From assembly GCA_049513975.1 (NCBI GenBank), contig JBEKVM010000001.1, forward strand, positions 7,836 to 71,835: 64,000 nucleotides of DNA, in the 5' to 3' direction. Positions 1-9,446 of the stretch are shown here, piece after piece. The translations under genes were made by a program, and so were the position numbers. Numbering within the stretch: position 1 is the first letter of the stretch; every line of letters begins with the position of its first letter. The notes under the pieces were generated by a model. That model saw only the letters and a list, made by a program, of their open reading frames with translations, did not search any database and was not told the origin of the DNA. This DNA is from Verrucomicrobiota bacterium (GTDB taxonomy: Bacteria > Verrucomicrobiota > Verrucomicrobiia > Limisphaerales > Palsa-1400).

Positions 1-124
1 TCCCGTGAATCGCGTTTGCCCCGGACATCAGCGGCGTATGCAGCACCGTCGGCACCCGCGCGATCACTTCCACGCCCGTAAAGATGGCGAGGATGAAAAT
101 ATAAATCATGGCCAATGTGCTCAT
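1..124 (-). CDS. pntAB: NAD(P) transhydrogenase subunit alpha part 2 (PntAB), 5' portion; gene runs off left edge
   Basis: Manual minus-strand translation MSTLAMIYIFILAIFTGVEVIARVPTVLHTPLMSGANAIHG, a hydrophobic PntAB-type N-terminus. Its ATG overlaps the pntAA stop (ATGA at 121-124). Confidence 0.8.
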   Translation of the reverse strand, partial: MSTLAMIYIFILAIFTGVEVIARVPTVLHTPLMSGANAIHG

Positions 125-1233
125 GGGGCCTTTCGGGTGATTTCGCCGCCATGCGTGATGCAGGTCCCGGCGAAAATTTCATTCTTCCAGTCCATCGTAA
201 AACCTTTTTCGTTGGTGATTTCCAAAATAAAATTGGCCAGGTTCCGCGCGAACATCCGGCTGGCATCCAGCGGCATGCGCGCGGCCAGGTTGGTCGGGCC
301 GATAATGGTCACCCCGTGGGCAACAACCGTTTGACCGGCCTGGGTCAACTCGCAATTGCCCCCGCTCTCCGCCGCCAGATCCACAATCACCGAGCCGGGC
401 TTCATGTCCGCCACCATTTCCTTGGTGATCAGGCGCGGCGCCGGTTTGCCCGGCACCTGCGCCGTGCTGATGATGAAATCCGCCACCTTGGCCCGCTCGT
501 GCAGCAGTTGCCGCTGTTTGGCCAGCGTCTCCGCCGAAACCTCCCTGGCGTATCCGCCCTTGTCTTCCAGATTCTCCGCGTTGGCAATTTCCACAAAAGT
601 CGCCCCCAGGCTCTTGATCTGCTCCTTCACCGCCGCCCGCACGTCAAAGGCCTCCACCACCGCCCCCATCCGCCGCGCCGTGGCGATGGCTTGCAGGCCC
701 GCCACACCCGCCCCCAGTATCAACGCCTGCGCCGGACGAATCGTCCCCGCCGCCGTCGTCAGCATGGGCAGAAATTTGGGAAGCGCATCCGCCGCCAGCA
801 CCACCGCCTTGTAACCGGCGATCGTCGCCATGCTCGACAGCGTGTCCATGCTTTGCGCCCGCGAAATGCGCGGAATGGCATCCAGGCTGAAGCTGGTGAT
901 CCGCCGCCGCGCCAGCACCTGGACCAGTTCGGCATTGCGCAGCGGCGCCAAAAAGCCGATCAGCCCCTTGCCCTCGGGCATCCCCGCCGCCTCCTCCGCC
1001 GTCACGGCCCGCACCCGCAACAGGCAGTCCGCGGCGGACGCCAACCCGGCGGCATCGGCCGCCATTTGCGCCCCGGCGGCCGCGAACTCCGCGTCGGGAA
1101 TGGACGCCGCCCGGCCCGCGCCGCATTGCACCGACACGGCATGCTGCTTTTTGAGCAACATTTTGACCGCATCGGGAACCAGCGCGACCCGGGTTTCGCC
1201 ATCCTTCGTTTCGTCAAAAACAGCAAATCGCAT
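121..1233 (-). CDS. pntAA: NAD(P) transhydrogenase subunit alpha part 1 (alanine dehydrogenase/PNT family)
   Basis: 370-aa ORF with Rossmann motif ILGAGVAGLQAIATARRMGA and full-length PntAA-like sequence. The plus-strand ORFs overlapping it are shadows. Confidence 0.9.
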   Translation of the reverse strand: MRFAVFDETKDGETRVALVPDAVKMLLKKQHAVSVQCGAGRAASIPDAEFAAAGAQMAADAAGLASAADCLLRVRAVTAEEAAGMPEGKGLIGFLAPLRNAELVQVLARRRITSFSLDAIPRISRAQSMDTLSSMATIAGYKAVVLAADALPKFLPMLTTAAGTIRPAQALILGAGVAGLQAIATARRMGAVVEAFDVRAAVKEQIKSLGATFVEIANAENLEDKGGYAREVSAETLAKQRQLLHERAKVADFIISTAQVPGKPAPRLITKEMVADMKPGSVIVDLAAESGGNCELTQAGQTVVAHGVTIIGPTNLAARMPLDASRMFARNLANFILEITNEKGFTMDWKNEIFAGTCITHGGEITRKAP

Positions 1234-1447
1234 CTGTCAATCCTGGACAACCAAAAATCAGGCGGGGATGGTAACCAACTCGAACCCCTTTTCAAATCAT
1301 TTGTGGCGCGTGCCTGGAGTATTAGCGTTGTGTGTCCATTCCATCAAATTCCCTAACCCACCCGCCTAAACCCGATCCTCCGCACGGTCCATGAACCTGC
1401 CGCTGTCCGACAGACCTCCGTGGAACAATTCGCGTCCGTCTCCTGTT

Positions 1448-1482
1448 CCCTCTCCGCTCCCATCCGATGGGAGGGGAGAGGG
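1448..1482. repeat. REP-like hairpin (family E: CCCTCTCC...GGAGAGGG)
   Basis: ccctctccgctcccatccgatgggaggggagaggg is a nested perfect inverted repeat. A second family member lies at 55858-55882. Confidence 0.8.
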
Positions 1483-1568
1483 TTAGGGTGAGGTGAGGGT
1501 TCATCGGAAGCGCGCCTCGAGGCCTGCGTCCCCCCGCCATTCGCGCACGCCTGCCTTTCTGAATATCC

Positions 1569-1624
1569 TTGCAAATCCCCCGCAAAATGTTGAACTGGAA
1601 CCGTTCTGGCCTGGCGTTTTTGCT
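1569..1624 (+). promoter_or_regulatory. Conserved 56-nt upstream motif, copy a (TTGCAAATCC...TGTTGAACTG.AACCG...CCTGGCGTTTTTGCT)
   Basis: Near-identical to 4040-4095. Lies 175 nt upstream of the TPR lipoprotein start. Confidence 0.5.
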
Positions 1625-1798
1625 TTTCATCTCCGCCGTGTGCCCGGTTTGCGGCGCCAAACCAACGCCGGGTTTGAATTGTCCGCAGGATGTCTTTGAA
1701 TTGACTTCATCGTTTTTCAGTCAAACCTGCCGACGGCCACGTATTAATCCGTCATCATGGACCATCAACTGCGCAACTTGAACTTGGAAGGAAACAAT

Positions 1799-3892
1799 AT
1801 GAGCCACGCCATTAAATTCCTGCTGCGCACCGCCATGTTTCTGACCCTGGCCACCATCTCCTGTTCTCACAGGCCGGTTGATTACTTCAATGGCGGCGTT
1901 GGCAGGCAAGCCAAGGGCGATTGGGACGGCGCCATCGCCGACTTCACCAAAGCCATCCAACTCCATCCGGAGGATGCGGATGCCTACGGCGCACGCGGCA
2001 ACGCCAGGCAGGCCAAGAGCGACTGGGACGGCGCCATCGCGGACTACGACCAAGCCATCAGGCTTAAACCACAGTTTGCGCTGGCCTACGACGCCCGCGG
2101 CCTGGCCAGGCAGGCCAAAGGCGACTGGGACGCCGCCATCGCGGATTACGACCAAGCCCTCAAACTCGATCCGAATGATGCGCTCGCCTGCGACGCCCGC
2201 GGCCATGCCAGGCAAGCCAAAGGCGACCTGGACGGCGCCATTGCGGAATACACCAAAGCCATCGCTCTCAAACCGGATTTGCCCGCTCCCTACAACAATC
2301 GGGCCGTGGCCAGGAAAGCCAAAGGCGACTTGGACGGCGCGCTGGACGATTTCACCAAAGCCATCGCCCTCAAACCCGATTATGCGGTCGCCTACAGCAA
2401 TCGTGGCAATGCCAGGCAAGCCAAAGGCGACCTGGACGGCGCCATCGCCGACCAGACCAAGGCCATCGCGCTCAAACCCGATTATGCCCTGGCCTACAAC
2501 AATCGCGGCCTGGCAAGGCAAGCCCAAGGCGACCTGACCGGCGCCATCGCCGACGACACCAGAGCCATCCAACTCAAACCGGCGGATGCGGAGGCCCTCT
2601 TCAATCGCGGCAATGCCAGAAAAGCCAAGGGCGACCTGGAGGACGCCATCGCCGACTACACCCAGGCCATCCAACTCAAGCCGGATTTTATGCACGCCTA
2701 CTACAATCGCGGCGTCGGCAAACAAATCCAGGGCGACCTCGACGGCGCCATCGCCGACTACACCAAAGCCATGCAACTCAAACCCGATTATGCGCCGGCC
2801 TGCTACAATCGCGGTGTGAGCAAGCAAGCCAAAGGCGACTTGGACGGCGCCATCGCCGACTACACCCGGGCCATCCAACTCAAACCCGATTCCGCGGCGG
2901 TTTACAACAATCGCGGCAATGCCAGGAAAGCCCAAGGCGACCTCGACGGCGCCATTGCGGATTATACCCAAGCCATCCAACTCAAACCCGATTATGCGTT
3001 TGCCTTCCACAATCGCGGCCTGGCCAGGCAAGCCAAAGGCGATTGGGACGGCGCCATCGCGGATTCCACCAAAGCCATCCAACTCAAACCGGATGACGCG
3101 ACCGCGTTCTACATTCGCGGCACGGCCAGGCTGGCCAAACGCGACTGGGATGGCGCCATCGCCGACTGCACCCTGGCCATCCAATTCAAACCCGATTTGG
3201 CCGATGCCTGGCACTCTCGCGGCGGCGCCAGGCTGGTCAAAGGCGACCTGGACGGTTCCATCGCCGACTTCACCAAAGCCATCCAACTCAAACCCAATGA
3301 CGCGAGCGCCTACAACAATCGGGGCCGCGCCAGGAATGCCACGGGCGACGTGGAAGGCGCCGGCGCCGATTACGCCAAAGCCATCGAGCTGAATCCAAAA
3401 TATGCCTGGGCCTGGCACGATCGGGGCTGCCTCCGTTATGACGCTCGTGATTTTACCGCCGCTTTGGCTGATTTTCGCAAGGCCCTGGAGTGCGATTCCT
3501 CCAACGATTATGCCCGCTTCCGCCTCTGCCTGACACGCGCCTGGCTGGGCGAGCCGGCCGCCGCCGCCACCGAGTTGCAAACTTATCTGGCCGGCCCCGC
3601 CAACGCCCAGCCGGACCGATGGCCTTCCAAGATGGGCCTTTTCCTGGCCGGTCCGCTCGCCGAACCGGAATTCCTGGCCGCCGCCAGGAATGCGGACCCG
3701 TCGGTGGAGGCCAGGCAATTATGCCAGGCGTATTTTTACGCGGGTTCAAAGCACCTCCTGGCCGGCGACAAGTCCGCGGCCATGGATTATTTCCAAAAAT
3801 CCATCGCCGCCCATGAAACTTCCTGCCTCGAATACGCTAGCGCCGTGGCCGCCTCGAAATCCTTGAAAGAACAGAAGAACCAAGATCCTTAG
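1799..3892 (+). CDS. TPR-repeat lipoprotein (about 16 tandem 34-aa TPR units)
   Basis: ATG at 1799 preceded by GGAAGGAAA. Signal/lipobox-like MSHAIKFLLRTAMFLTLATISCS. Repeated unit xNRGxARQAKGDLDGAIADYTKAIQLKPDYAxAY. Confidence 0.85.
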   Translation: MSHAIKFLLRTAMFLTLATISCSHRPVDYFNGGVGRQAKGDWDGAIADFTKAIQLHPEDADAYGARGNARQAKSDWDGAIADYDQAIRLKPQFALAYDARGLARQAKGDWDAAIADYDQALKLDPNDALACDARGHARQAKGDLDGAIAEYTKAIALKPDLPAPYNNRAVARKAKGDLDGALDDFTKAIALKPDYAVAYSNRGNARQAKGDLDGAIADQTKAIALKPDYALAYNNRGLARQAQGDLTGAIADDTRAIQLKPADAEALFNRGNARKAKGDLEDAIADYTQAIQLKPDFMHAYYNRGVGKQIQGDLDGAIADYTKAMQLKPDYAPACYNRGVSKQAKGDLDGAIADYTRAIQLKPDSAAVYNNRGNARKAQGDLDGAIADYTQAIQLKPDYAFAFHNRGLARQAKGDWDGAIADSTKAIQLKPDDATAFYIRGTARLAKRDWDGAIADCTLAIQFKPDLADAWHSRGGARLVKGDLDGSIADFTKAIQLKPNDASAYNNRGRARNATGDVEGAGADYAKAIELNPKYAWAWHDRGCLRYDARDFTAALADFRKALECDSSNDYARFRLCLTRAWLGEPAAAATELQTYLAGPANAQPDRWPSKMGLFLAGPLAEPEFLAAARNADPSVEARQLCQAYFYAGSKHLLAGDKSAAMDYFQKSIAAHETSCLEYASAVAASKSLKEQKNQDP
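1886..3517 (+). repeat. Tandem 102-bp coding repeats (TPR units) with high DNA-level identity
   Basis: 34-codon periodicity is visible in all three plus-frame ORFs and in the 665-aa antisense shadow ORF. Confidence 0.85.
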
Positions 3893-3950
3893 CGACTTTC
3901 TCGCGAGCGCGGCCAGCCCGTTCAGCGGGCCTGCCTGCTATTGTCTTCCG

Positions 3951-4000
3951 GGGAGCGCACGCGCCCCCGCGTGCCGAGGGCCGCGCCTCGCGGCCCGCAT
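3951..4000. repeat. REP-like double hairpin (family C), terminator-like position
   Basis: gggagcgcacgcgcccccgcgtgccgagggccgcgcctcgcggcccgcat. Near-identical copy at 34082-34131. Both lie just after stop codons. Confidence 0.8.
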
Positions 4001-4039
4001 CCCATCCGTCCTTCGAGAAGCCTGCCCTGCCGAAAACAG

Positions 4040-4095
4040 TTGCAAATCCCGCCCAATCTGTTGAACTGAAACCGTGCTGACCTGGCGTTTTTGCT
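4040..4095 (+). promoter_or_regulatory. Conserved 56-nt upstream motif, copy b
   Basis: ttgcaaatcccgcccaatctgttgaactgaaaccgtgctgacctggcgtttttgct aligns with 1569-1624. Lies 63 nt upstream of the GTG start at 4158. Confidence 0.5.
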
Positions 4096-4157
4096 CTGCC
4101 GGGTGGCAGGTTGCCAACGCCAAGCCAACCCGTTTTTCGATTAAATCTGGGAAGCCT

Positions 4158-5231
4158 GTGAAAAAGTACCTTCTGCTGGGTCTGTTGATTTTCTGCACCG
4201 ATCTGTGGCAATCCTCCGGCGCGGTGCTATCCACGACGAATAGCGGAATCTATCTGGCTATTGGGTCCTGGCAGCCACAATCGGGCGCGCCTCTTGATGA
4301 AAATGCGCCTCTCCAGTTTGACCAAAATTTCGTCTGGGAAGCATTCAGCACCGCAGGCGCCGTTCGACTCAATTACCCGAAGCCAGAATTCGGGATAAGA
4401 GTAAAACTGCTTGACCCGGATGGAAAAGAGTCTCCGAAGACCGCTCTGGGGAAAGAATACGGCTCCAAATTCGACGGCGTGCGAACTTATGAGGATGTCA
4501 TAAGTGGCACAAGCATGGGTGGCATGGATGCGCGAGAAAAATACGTCGAACGCGGTCGGGGCTTCAGCGGTGGCAATCTTCCCGCCCCGCGAGATTTGTT
4601 TCAGATGGAGAAGACCGGGATTTACACCCTCCAAATTGAAATGCTGGTGTTTCGGATCATCGAAACAACAGCGACCCATTGGGACAGGGCACTTCTTCGC
4701 TTTCCGCCGATGAAGATCAAGGTGGAGAAGCCGCTGACCGCCCCTTTCTTCGCCTTCTCCGCCACCAACCACGGAGTTTGCCTCTCCATCATCGGAACCA
4801 AATCAAACGGTTTGGCCGGATTTGATGACGGTCTGAGATGGCGTCCCACTGGAGAGGATAATATCATGTTGAACGCTCTTGATTTGTCCTCCGCCTTTAA
4901 GCTCAAGCTGCATGCACCGGATGGCAAAGAGGTTCCCAAAACCGCTCTTGGCCAGACCATCGGCGTCAACTTCGACGCCGTGCGAACCTTTGGGAAATTG
5001 CCGCCAGGCACAAAACTCACATACCTCGACATAATGTCCGGTATGCCTTTTCACGTCCCGGAGCAGCCATTTCCCGTCCTCAAGGATTGCTTCGCGATGG
5101 ACAGGCCCGGGATTTATACGCTTGAACTGCAAATGCAACTCTTCCGGATTATTGACAAACCACCTTACGGACCCGAACCAGAAGAACTTCTCCGCTTTCC
5201 GCCCATGATCCTCAAAGTGAACCGCCCGTAA
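4158..5231 (+). CDS. Exported hypothetical protein with two tandem ~165-aa homologous domains
   Basis: GTG start giving VKKYLLLGLLIFCTDLWQSSGA (signal-like). Internal duplication: LLDPDGKESPKTALGKEYGSKFDGVRTY...GIYTLQIEMLVFRIIE...LLRFPPMKIKVEKP versus LHAPDGKEVPKTALGQTIGVNFDAVRTF...GIYTLELQMQLFRIID...LLRFPPMILKVNRP. Confidence 0.6.
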   Translation: MKKYLLLGLLIFCTDLWQSSGAVLSTTNSGIYLAIGSWQPQSGAPLDENAPLQFDQNFVWEAFSTAGAVRLNYPKPEFGIRVKLLDPDGKESPKTALGKEYGSKFDGVRTYEDVISGTSMGGMDAREKYVERGRGFSGGNLPAPRDLFQMEKTGIYTLQIEMLVFRIIETTATHWDRALLRFPPMKIKVEKPLTAPFFAFSATNHGVCLSIIGTKSNGLAGFDDGLRWRPTGEDNIMLNALDLSSAFKLKLHAPDGKEVPKTALGQTIGVNFDAVRTFGKLPPGTKLTYLDIMSGMPFHVPEQPFPVLKDCFAMDRPGIYTLELQMQLFRIIDKPPYGPEPEELLRFPPMILKVNRP

Positions 5232-5506
5232 GCACATTCCCTGGGCGCCTCAACCAGGTAATCTGCCAGCGTGCGCGTCCGTATCCGTCCCATTTGTCCC
5301 CTTCCTCCCATTCGTCCCTTCCCTTCGTTCCTTGGCCGTCTTGGTGCCTGCGGGCGGTCCTTTTCATCCGAATCATTAGCCTCGGAATTGAACCACGGAT
5401 AAGCCAGATGGTACGGATAAAAAAGGCTCATTTCCATCCGTGAAATCCTGAAATCCGTGGTAACAATTCTTTCCATCAGCGTTCTGTCAAAACCCTTCTT
5501 TTCTGA

Positions 5507-5535
5507 ATCTGCGTCAATCTGCGTGATCTGCGGGC
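5507..5535. repeat. REP-like element (family D, half copy)
   Basis: atctgcgtcaatctgcgtgatctgcgggc matches both arms of the 43739-43815 hairpin. Confidence 0.75.
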
Positions 5536-5560
5536 AAAAGAATCCGTCTTCATCTCTAAT

Positions 5561-5587
5561 CCCACCACTCCACCACTCCAACACTCC
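5561..5587. repeat. ACTCC-type short tandem repeat
   Basis: cccaccactccaccactccaacactcc. Same family as 5830-5900 and 51427-51581. Confidence 0.7.
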
Positions 5588-5829
5588 GCGTTCTCACCCC
5601 TCCTTTGGCAGCCAAACCCGCCTTTCCCACAAACTATTTTCACTTTTGCAAATCCACTTTTTTGGGGGCAAAACCGCTTTTACCGAGTCTTTACAAGGCT
5701 TTTTTCGCGGTCAAAAACCCCGTTTCGGGCATGCATTTTGTACCCACGGTGGGCAGTCGTTTTTCCAAATCCATGCTTTAATAGTACCGTGAATGCTAAA
5801 TTATCATTAAAAGCGCCTGAAGCCGTCCC

Positions 5830-5900
5830 AACACTCCATCACTCCATCGCTCCAACACTCCATTCCCCTCCACCATTCCCCTCCTCCACCACGCCACCCG
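5830..5900. repeat. ACTCC-type short tandem repeat
   Basis: caacactccatcactccatcgctccaacactccattcccctccaccattcccctcctccaccacgcc. Confidence 0.7.
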
Positions 5901-6057
5901 GCGTTCGCGGTTCAGATCGGCCGCCGGTCATTTTCAGTTATTTTCACCTAGTTTCACCTGGTTTCACTTGTTTTCAGCTATTTTCAGTTCCGGGACCGGG
6001 GGGGGCTGTGCGCACAGAACACTTGACCCCAATTCCCCGCGGTTTACGCTCCTCCCC

Positions 6058-8091
6058 ATGAACCCAATCAGGAACCCAAACCCTTCCATCGTCGGCTGTC
6101 AGAAGAACCTCTTCCGCACGTTGGCATTTCTTCTCTCCGCCGCCTCCGCCTTCCCCCAAGGACGCGGCGGCAACCCGGCCCAGATTGAATACGTCCGCTC
6201 CAATTACACCAAATTCGAATACCACATCCCCATGCGCGACGGCATCAAACTGTTCACCTCCGTCTATGTGCCCAAGGACACCAACCAGCCCTGGCCAATC
6301 ATGTTGCAGCGAACCCCGTACGGCGTCGGCCCCTACGGCCCTGACGCCTACCGCGGCTCCCTCGGCCCCTCCGATTTGTTCACCAGGGAGGGATTTATCT
6401 TCGTTTATCAGGATGTCCGCGGACGCGGGCAATCCGATGGCGTCTTTGACGATCCACCGGCCCACAAGCTCCACTTCAGCGGCCCCACCGACGCCGACGA
6501 AAGCACCGACGGCTACGACACCATTGACTGGCTGGTGAAAAACATCCCCAACAACAATGGCCGCGTCGGCACCTGGGGCATCTCCTATCCCGGCTTCTTT
6601 TCCGCCTTCACCCTCATCAACGCCCATCCCGCCCTCAAAGCCGCCTCCCCGCAAGCGCCCATGGCCGATGTCGGCGATGGCGATGACGCCTATCATAACG
6701 GCGCTTTCTTCCTGGCCGAAAATTTTGATTTCTACGTCAGCTTCAAACCCAAACCATCCGCGCACCCGGCCCCCGCGTGGCAGACGGGGCGCTTCCCAAA
6801 AGGCGCGACGGTTTTAATGCGCCGCGCCCCCGCTGCTCCCGCGCCGCCGGCTGAACGCTTCAGCATGGGAACGCGCGACGAATACGACTTCTTTCTTCAT
6901 ATGGGAACCCTCGCTGACGCCGAGGAAAAATACTTCAAACACCAAAACGAATTTTGGTCCACCCTCGTCAAGCACTACACCTACGACAAGTTCTGGTCCT
7001 CCCGCGCCCTCGCCCCGCAAATGCACCACCTCACCGCCGCCACCCTCGTCGTGGGCGGCTGGTTCGACGCCCAGGATCTGGGCGGCACGCCCAAGCTCTT
7101 CCAGGCCATTGCCAAAGACGCCAGCGCCCCCCCCGCCACCCTGGTCATGGGGCCGTGGTCCCACGGCAGTTGGTCGCGCGGCAATGGCGACCGCCTGGGC
7201 AATCTGCGATTCACCGAGAAAACCGGGCCTTTCTATCGTGAGCAAATCGAATTCCCCTTCTTCCTCCAGAATCTCAAAGGCAAGGGCGGCGGCCTCAAGA
7301 CAGAAACCGATGCCGCCATTCCAAAAGCCTGGGTTTTCGCCACCGGCAGCGACCAGTGGCACCGTTTTGACACTTGGCCTCCCGCCAATGCCGTCCGCCG
7401 CTCCCTCTATCTGGAGGCGGCCGGCAAACTTTCCTTCACCGCTCCCGCTGGCGCCGGCGACCAGTTCGACGAATATATCAGCGATCCGGCCAATCCGGTC
7501 CCCGTCACCAAGGAAATCGGCGTGAACCTGGGCGGCGACTACATGACCTACGATCAGAGTTTCGCCTCCAAGCGGTCCGATGTGCTCACCTATCAAACGG
7601 AGCCGCTGGAACACCCCCTCACCATCGCCGGGCCGGTCACTCCCGTCTTGCGCGTCTCCACCTCCGGCACCGATTCCGATTTCGTGGTCAAACTGATTGA
7701 TGTTTATCCAAACGACGATCACGGTCCCAAGGCGGATCAGGCGGGCGCCGCGACCAATGCGGGTGTCGCTTCCTTGGCCGGCTATCAACAATTGGTGCGC
7801 GGCGAGCCTTTCCGCGGCAAATTCCGCAACAGCAGGTCCAAACCCGAGCCCTTCAAACCCGGCCAGCCCGCCAAAATCCAATTCCCCATGCCCGATGTCA
7901 TGCACACCTTCCTGCCCGGACACCGCATCATGGTGCAAATCCAAAGCTCCTGGTTCCCTCTGACCGATCGCAATCCCCAGAAGTTCCTCTATATTCCCGA
8001 CGCCAAAGCCTCTGATTTCCAGAAAGCCGTCCAGCGCGTCTATCGCGGTGGCCCCGACGGCACCCGCCTGGACCTGCTCGTCACCGAGTAA
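6058..8091 (+). CDS. CocE/NonD family hydrolase (S15 X-Pro dipeptidyl-peptidase-like)
   Basis: Start at MNPIRN with a signal-like segment. YHIPMRDGIKLFTSVYVPK...PIMLQRTPYG...GISYPGF and a C-terminal beta-sandwich region are typical of the family. Confidence 0.85.
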   Translation: MNPIRNPNPSIVGCQKNLFRTLAFLLSAASAFPQGRGGNPAQIEYVRSNYTKFEYHIPMRDGIKLFTSVYVPKDTNQPWPIMLQRTPYGVGPYGPDAYRGSLGPSDLFTREGFIFVYQDVRGRGQSDGVFDDPPAHKLHFSGPTDADESTDGYDTIDWLVKNIPNNNGRVGTWGISYPGFFSAFTLINAHPALKAASPQAPMADVGDGDDAYHNGAFFLAENFDFYVSFKPKPSAHPAPAWQTGRFPKGATVLMRRAPAAPAPPAERFSMGTRDEYDFFLHMGTLADAEEKYFKHQNEFWSTLVKHYTYDKFWSSRALAPQMHHLTAATLVVGGWFDAQDLGGTPKLFQAIAKDASAPPATLVMGPWSHGSWSRGNGDRLGNLRFTEKTGPFYREQIEFPFFLQNLKGKGGGLKTETDAAIPKAWVFATGSDQWHRFDTWPPANAVRRSLYLEAAGKLSFTAPAGAGDQFDEYISDPANPVPVTKEIGVNLGGDYMTYDQSFASKRSDVLTYQTEPLEHPLTIAGPVTPVLRVSTSGTDSDFVVKLIDVYPNDDHGPKADQAGAATNAGVASLAGYQQLVRGEPFRGKFRNSRSKPEPFKPGQPAKIQFPMPDVMHTFLPGHRIMVQIQSSWFPLTDRNPQKFLYIPDAKASDFQKAVQRVYRGGPDGTRLDLLVTE

Positions 8092-8098
8092 CCGGCCG

Positions 8099-8142
8099 CA
8101 ATCCTAATCCCAATCCTAATCTTAATCTTAATCCTAATCTCA
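8099..8142. repeat. Hexanucleotide microsatellite (AATCCT/AATCTT)n
   Basis: caatcctaatcccaatcctaatcttaatcttaatcctaatctc. Same repeat at 15175-15273 and inside the helicase CDS at 55328-55356. Confidence 0.85.
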
Positions 8143-8144
8143 AA

Positions 8145-9293
8145 TTGTATTCCATCCTCGCTTACATGGCCGCGGCCGGCGTGGGGGCGCTTCTTGCCTG
8201 GCTCCTCACTCGCGCCCCGGAATTGCGCGGCTGGCGCCTGTCCCAGCTCCTCCTCGTCCCCGGCGCCTTCGTGTTGGCCTGCTGGGTGCTGCGGCAAACC
8301 GGCGGCCGGCCCGACATGGGCGCCGGCATCATCCTCATCGTAATAATAGTATTGACAGCATTCCTCCTCGCCCCCAACATCGCCTTCTACTGCGGAGCCG
8401 GCCTCTCCAACTTCCTCGACCCCATGGATTGGACGCCCGCCGAAGAAATCGCCCTGCGCCCCATCCGGCGGTTGATTGACCGCGATCAATACTACCAGGC
8501 CTTGGGCGACTTGGACGCCCTGCTTAAAAAACACAAGCCCACTTACGAGAGCCTTCTCCTCCACGCCAAACTCCTCCACCACTTCGGCCGGGTGGACGAG
8601 ACCGTGGCCGCGCTGCTCCAGACGATCGCACTTTGCCAAAGCACCGCGCAGCAACTGACGGTCCTGGAACTTCTCGCGGTCCTGGAGGAGCGTCATCAGA
8701 GCCCGCGCAAACCGCTTGCCCCGGGAACCCGGCCGATCCAGATTTACCACCGGCTGGTCCTGTTCCCCATCGCCGCCCAGGACCGGCTGCTCCACAAGGA
8801 AATTCCGGCCGGCGTCTATGAGGTTGAGGAAACCTTCCATCGCAACCACCGCTGGCTGAAACTGGCGGGAGAGGATTGGGGCAACGCCGCCATGTGCTGG
8901 GAGGCCGTCCTGCAAATTCATCCCCCGGATCCCGCCCCTCCGCAAAAGGGTTTCCTCTGGCAGATGGCCCGGATCAACCAGGCCATCACCCTCGCCCTCA
9001 AAGGCAAGCCCCGCCTCCAGTCCCAGGCCGAGGCCGGCCAACTTCTCAAGCAAGCCGGCCAATTCATCCGGCGGGAAGACTGGCGGTCAGCCCTTCCCCT
9101 TCTCCAAAAAGCATCCGCCTGCGACCCGGACAATTACGAAATCGCCTATCGCTGGGTGCAAGCCGTGCGCCACATCGCCGACGACCGCGCCACCGCCCGC
9201 GCTGTCAACACCGTCCTCGCCCAAAGCCAATGGTCCGCCGACGAACAAGAAATGCTCCGCCAATTGCAACACCCCATCGCCCCCAAAAAATAA
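8145..9293 (+). CDS. Hypothetical membrane protein with TPR-like helical C-terminal region
   Basis: 382-aa ORF with 2-3 N-terminal hydrophobic helices followed by helical repeats. No family recognised. Confidence 0.55.
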   Translation: MYSILAYMAAAGVGALLAWLLTRAPELRGWRLSQLLLVPGAFVLACWVLRQTGGRPDMGAGIILIVIIVLTAFLLAPNIAFYCGAGLSNFLDPMDWTPAEEIALRPIRRLIDRDQYYQALGDLDALLKKHKPTYESLLLHAKLLHHFGRVDETVAALLQTIALCQSTAQQLTVLELLAVLEERHQSPRKPLAPGTRPIQIYHRLVLFPIAAQDRLLHKEIPAGVYEVEETFHRNHRWLKLAGEDWGNAAMCWEAVLQIHPPDPAPPQKGFLWQMARINQAITLALKGKPRLQSQAEAGQLLKQAGQFIRREDWRSALPLLQKASACDPDNYEIAYRWVQAVRHIADDRATARAVNTVLAQSQWSADEQEMLRQLQHPIAPKK

Positions 9294-9410
9294 CCCGTTG
9301 GGATTACAAATCCCGCAGGGGTTTTATGCTTGAAAGCTTGCCGTAAAATGCCGGCGTGAACCATAGTACAAATGTTCGATGGCCGGTGAGGAAGACTTTG
9401 TGTATCGTTT

Positions 9411-9436
9411 GCGGCGGTCATAGACCGCCGCTACAG
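9411..9436. repeat. REP-like hairpin (family A: GCGGCGGTC-ATA-GACCGCCGC)
   Basis: gcggcggtcatagaccgccgctacag. Other copies at 44443-44468, 55158-55183 and 55776-55800. Confidence 0.85.
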
Positions 9437-9446
9437 AAGAGTTGCC

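Noticed and set aside
1607-1624. Possible sigma-54 promoter (TGGC...TTGC) inside the conserved 56-nt motif; also at 4082-4095
   Set aside because: The GG-to-GC spacing is 14 nt in copy a and only 9 nt from the second TGGC. Copy b lacks the first TGGC. The canonical spacing is 12 nt (TGGCAC-N5-TTGC).
1721-3718. 665-aa antisense ORF, plus several 150-220-aa plus-strand frames, overlapping the TPR gene
   Set aside because: These are shadow frames kept open by the 102-bp repeat and high GC. The products are G/A/V/P low-complexity with no start context. The TPR frame has a signal peptide, an RBS and a clear family pattern.
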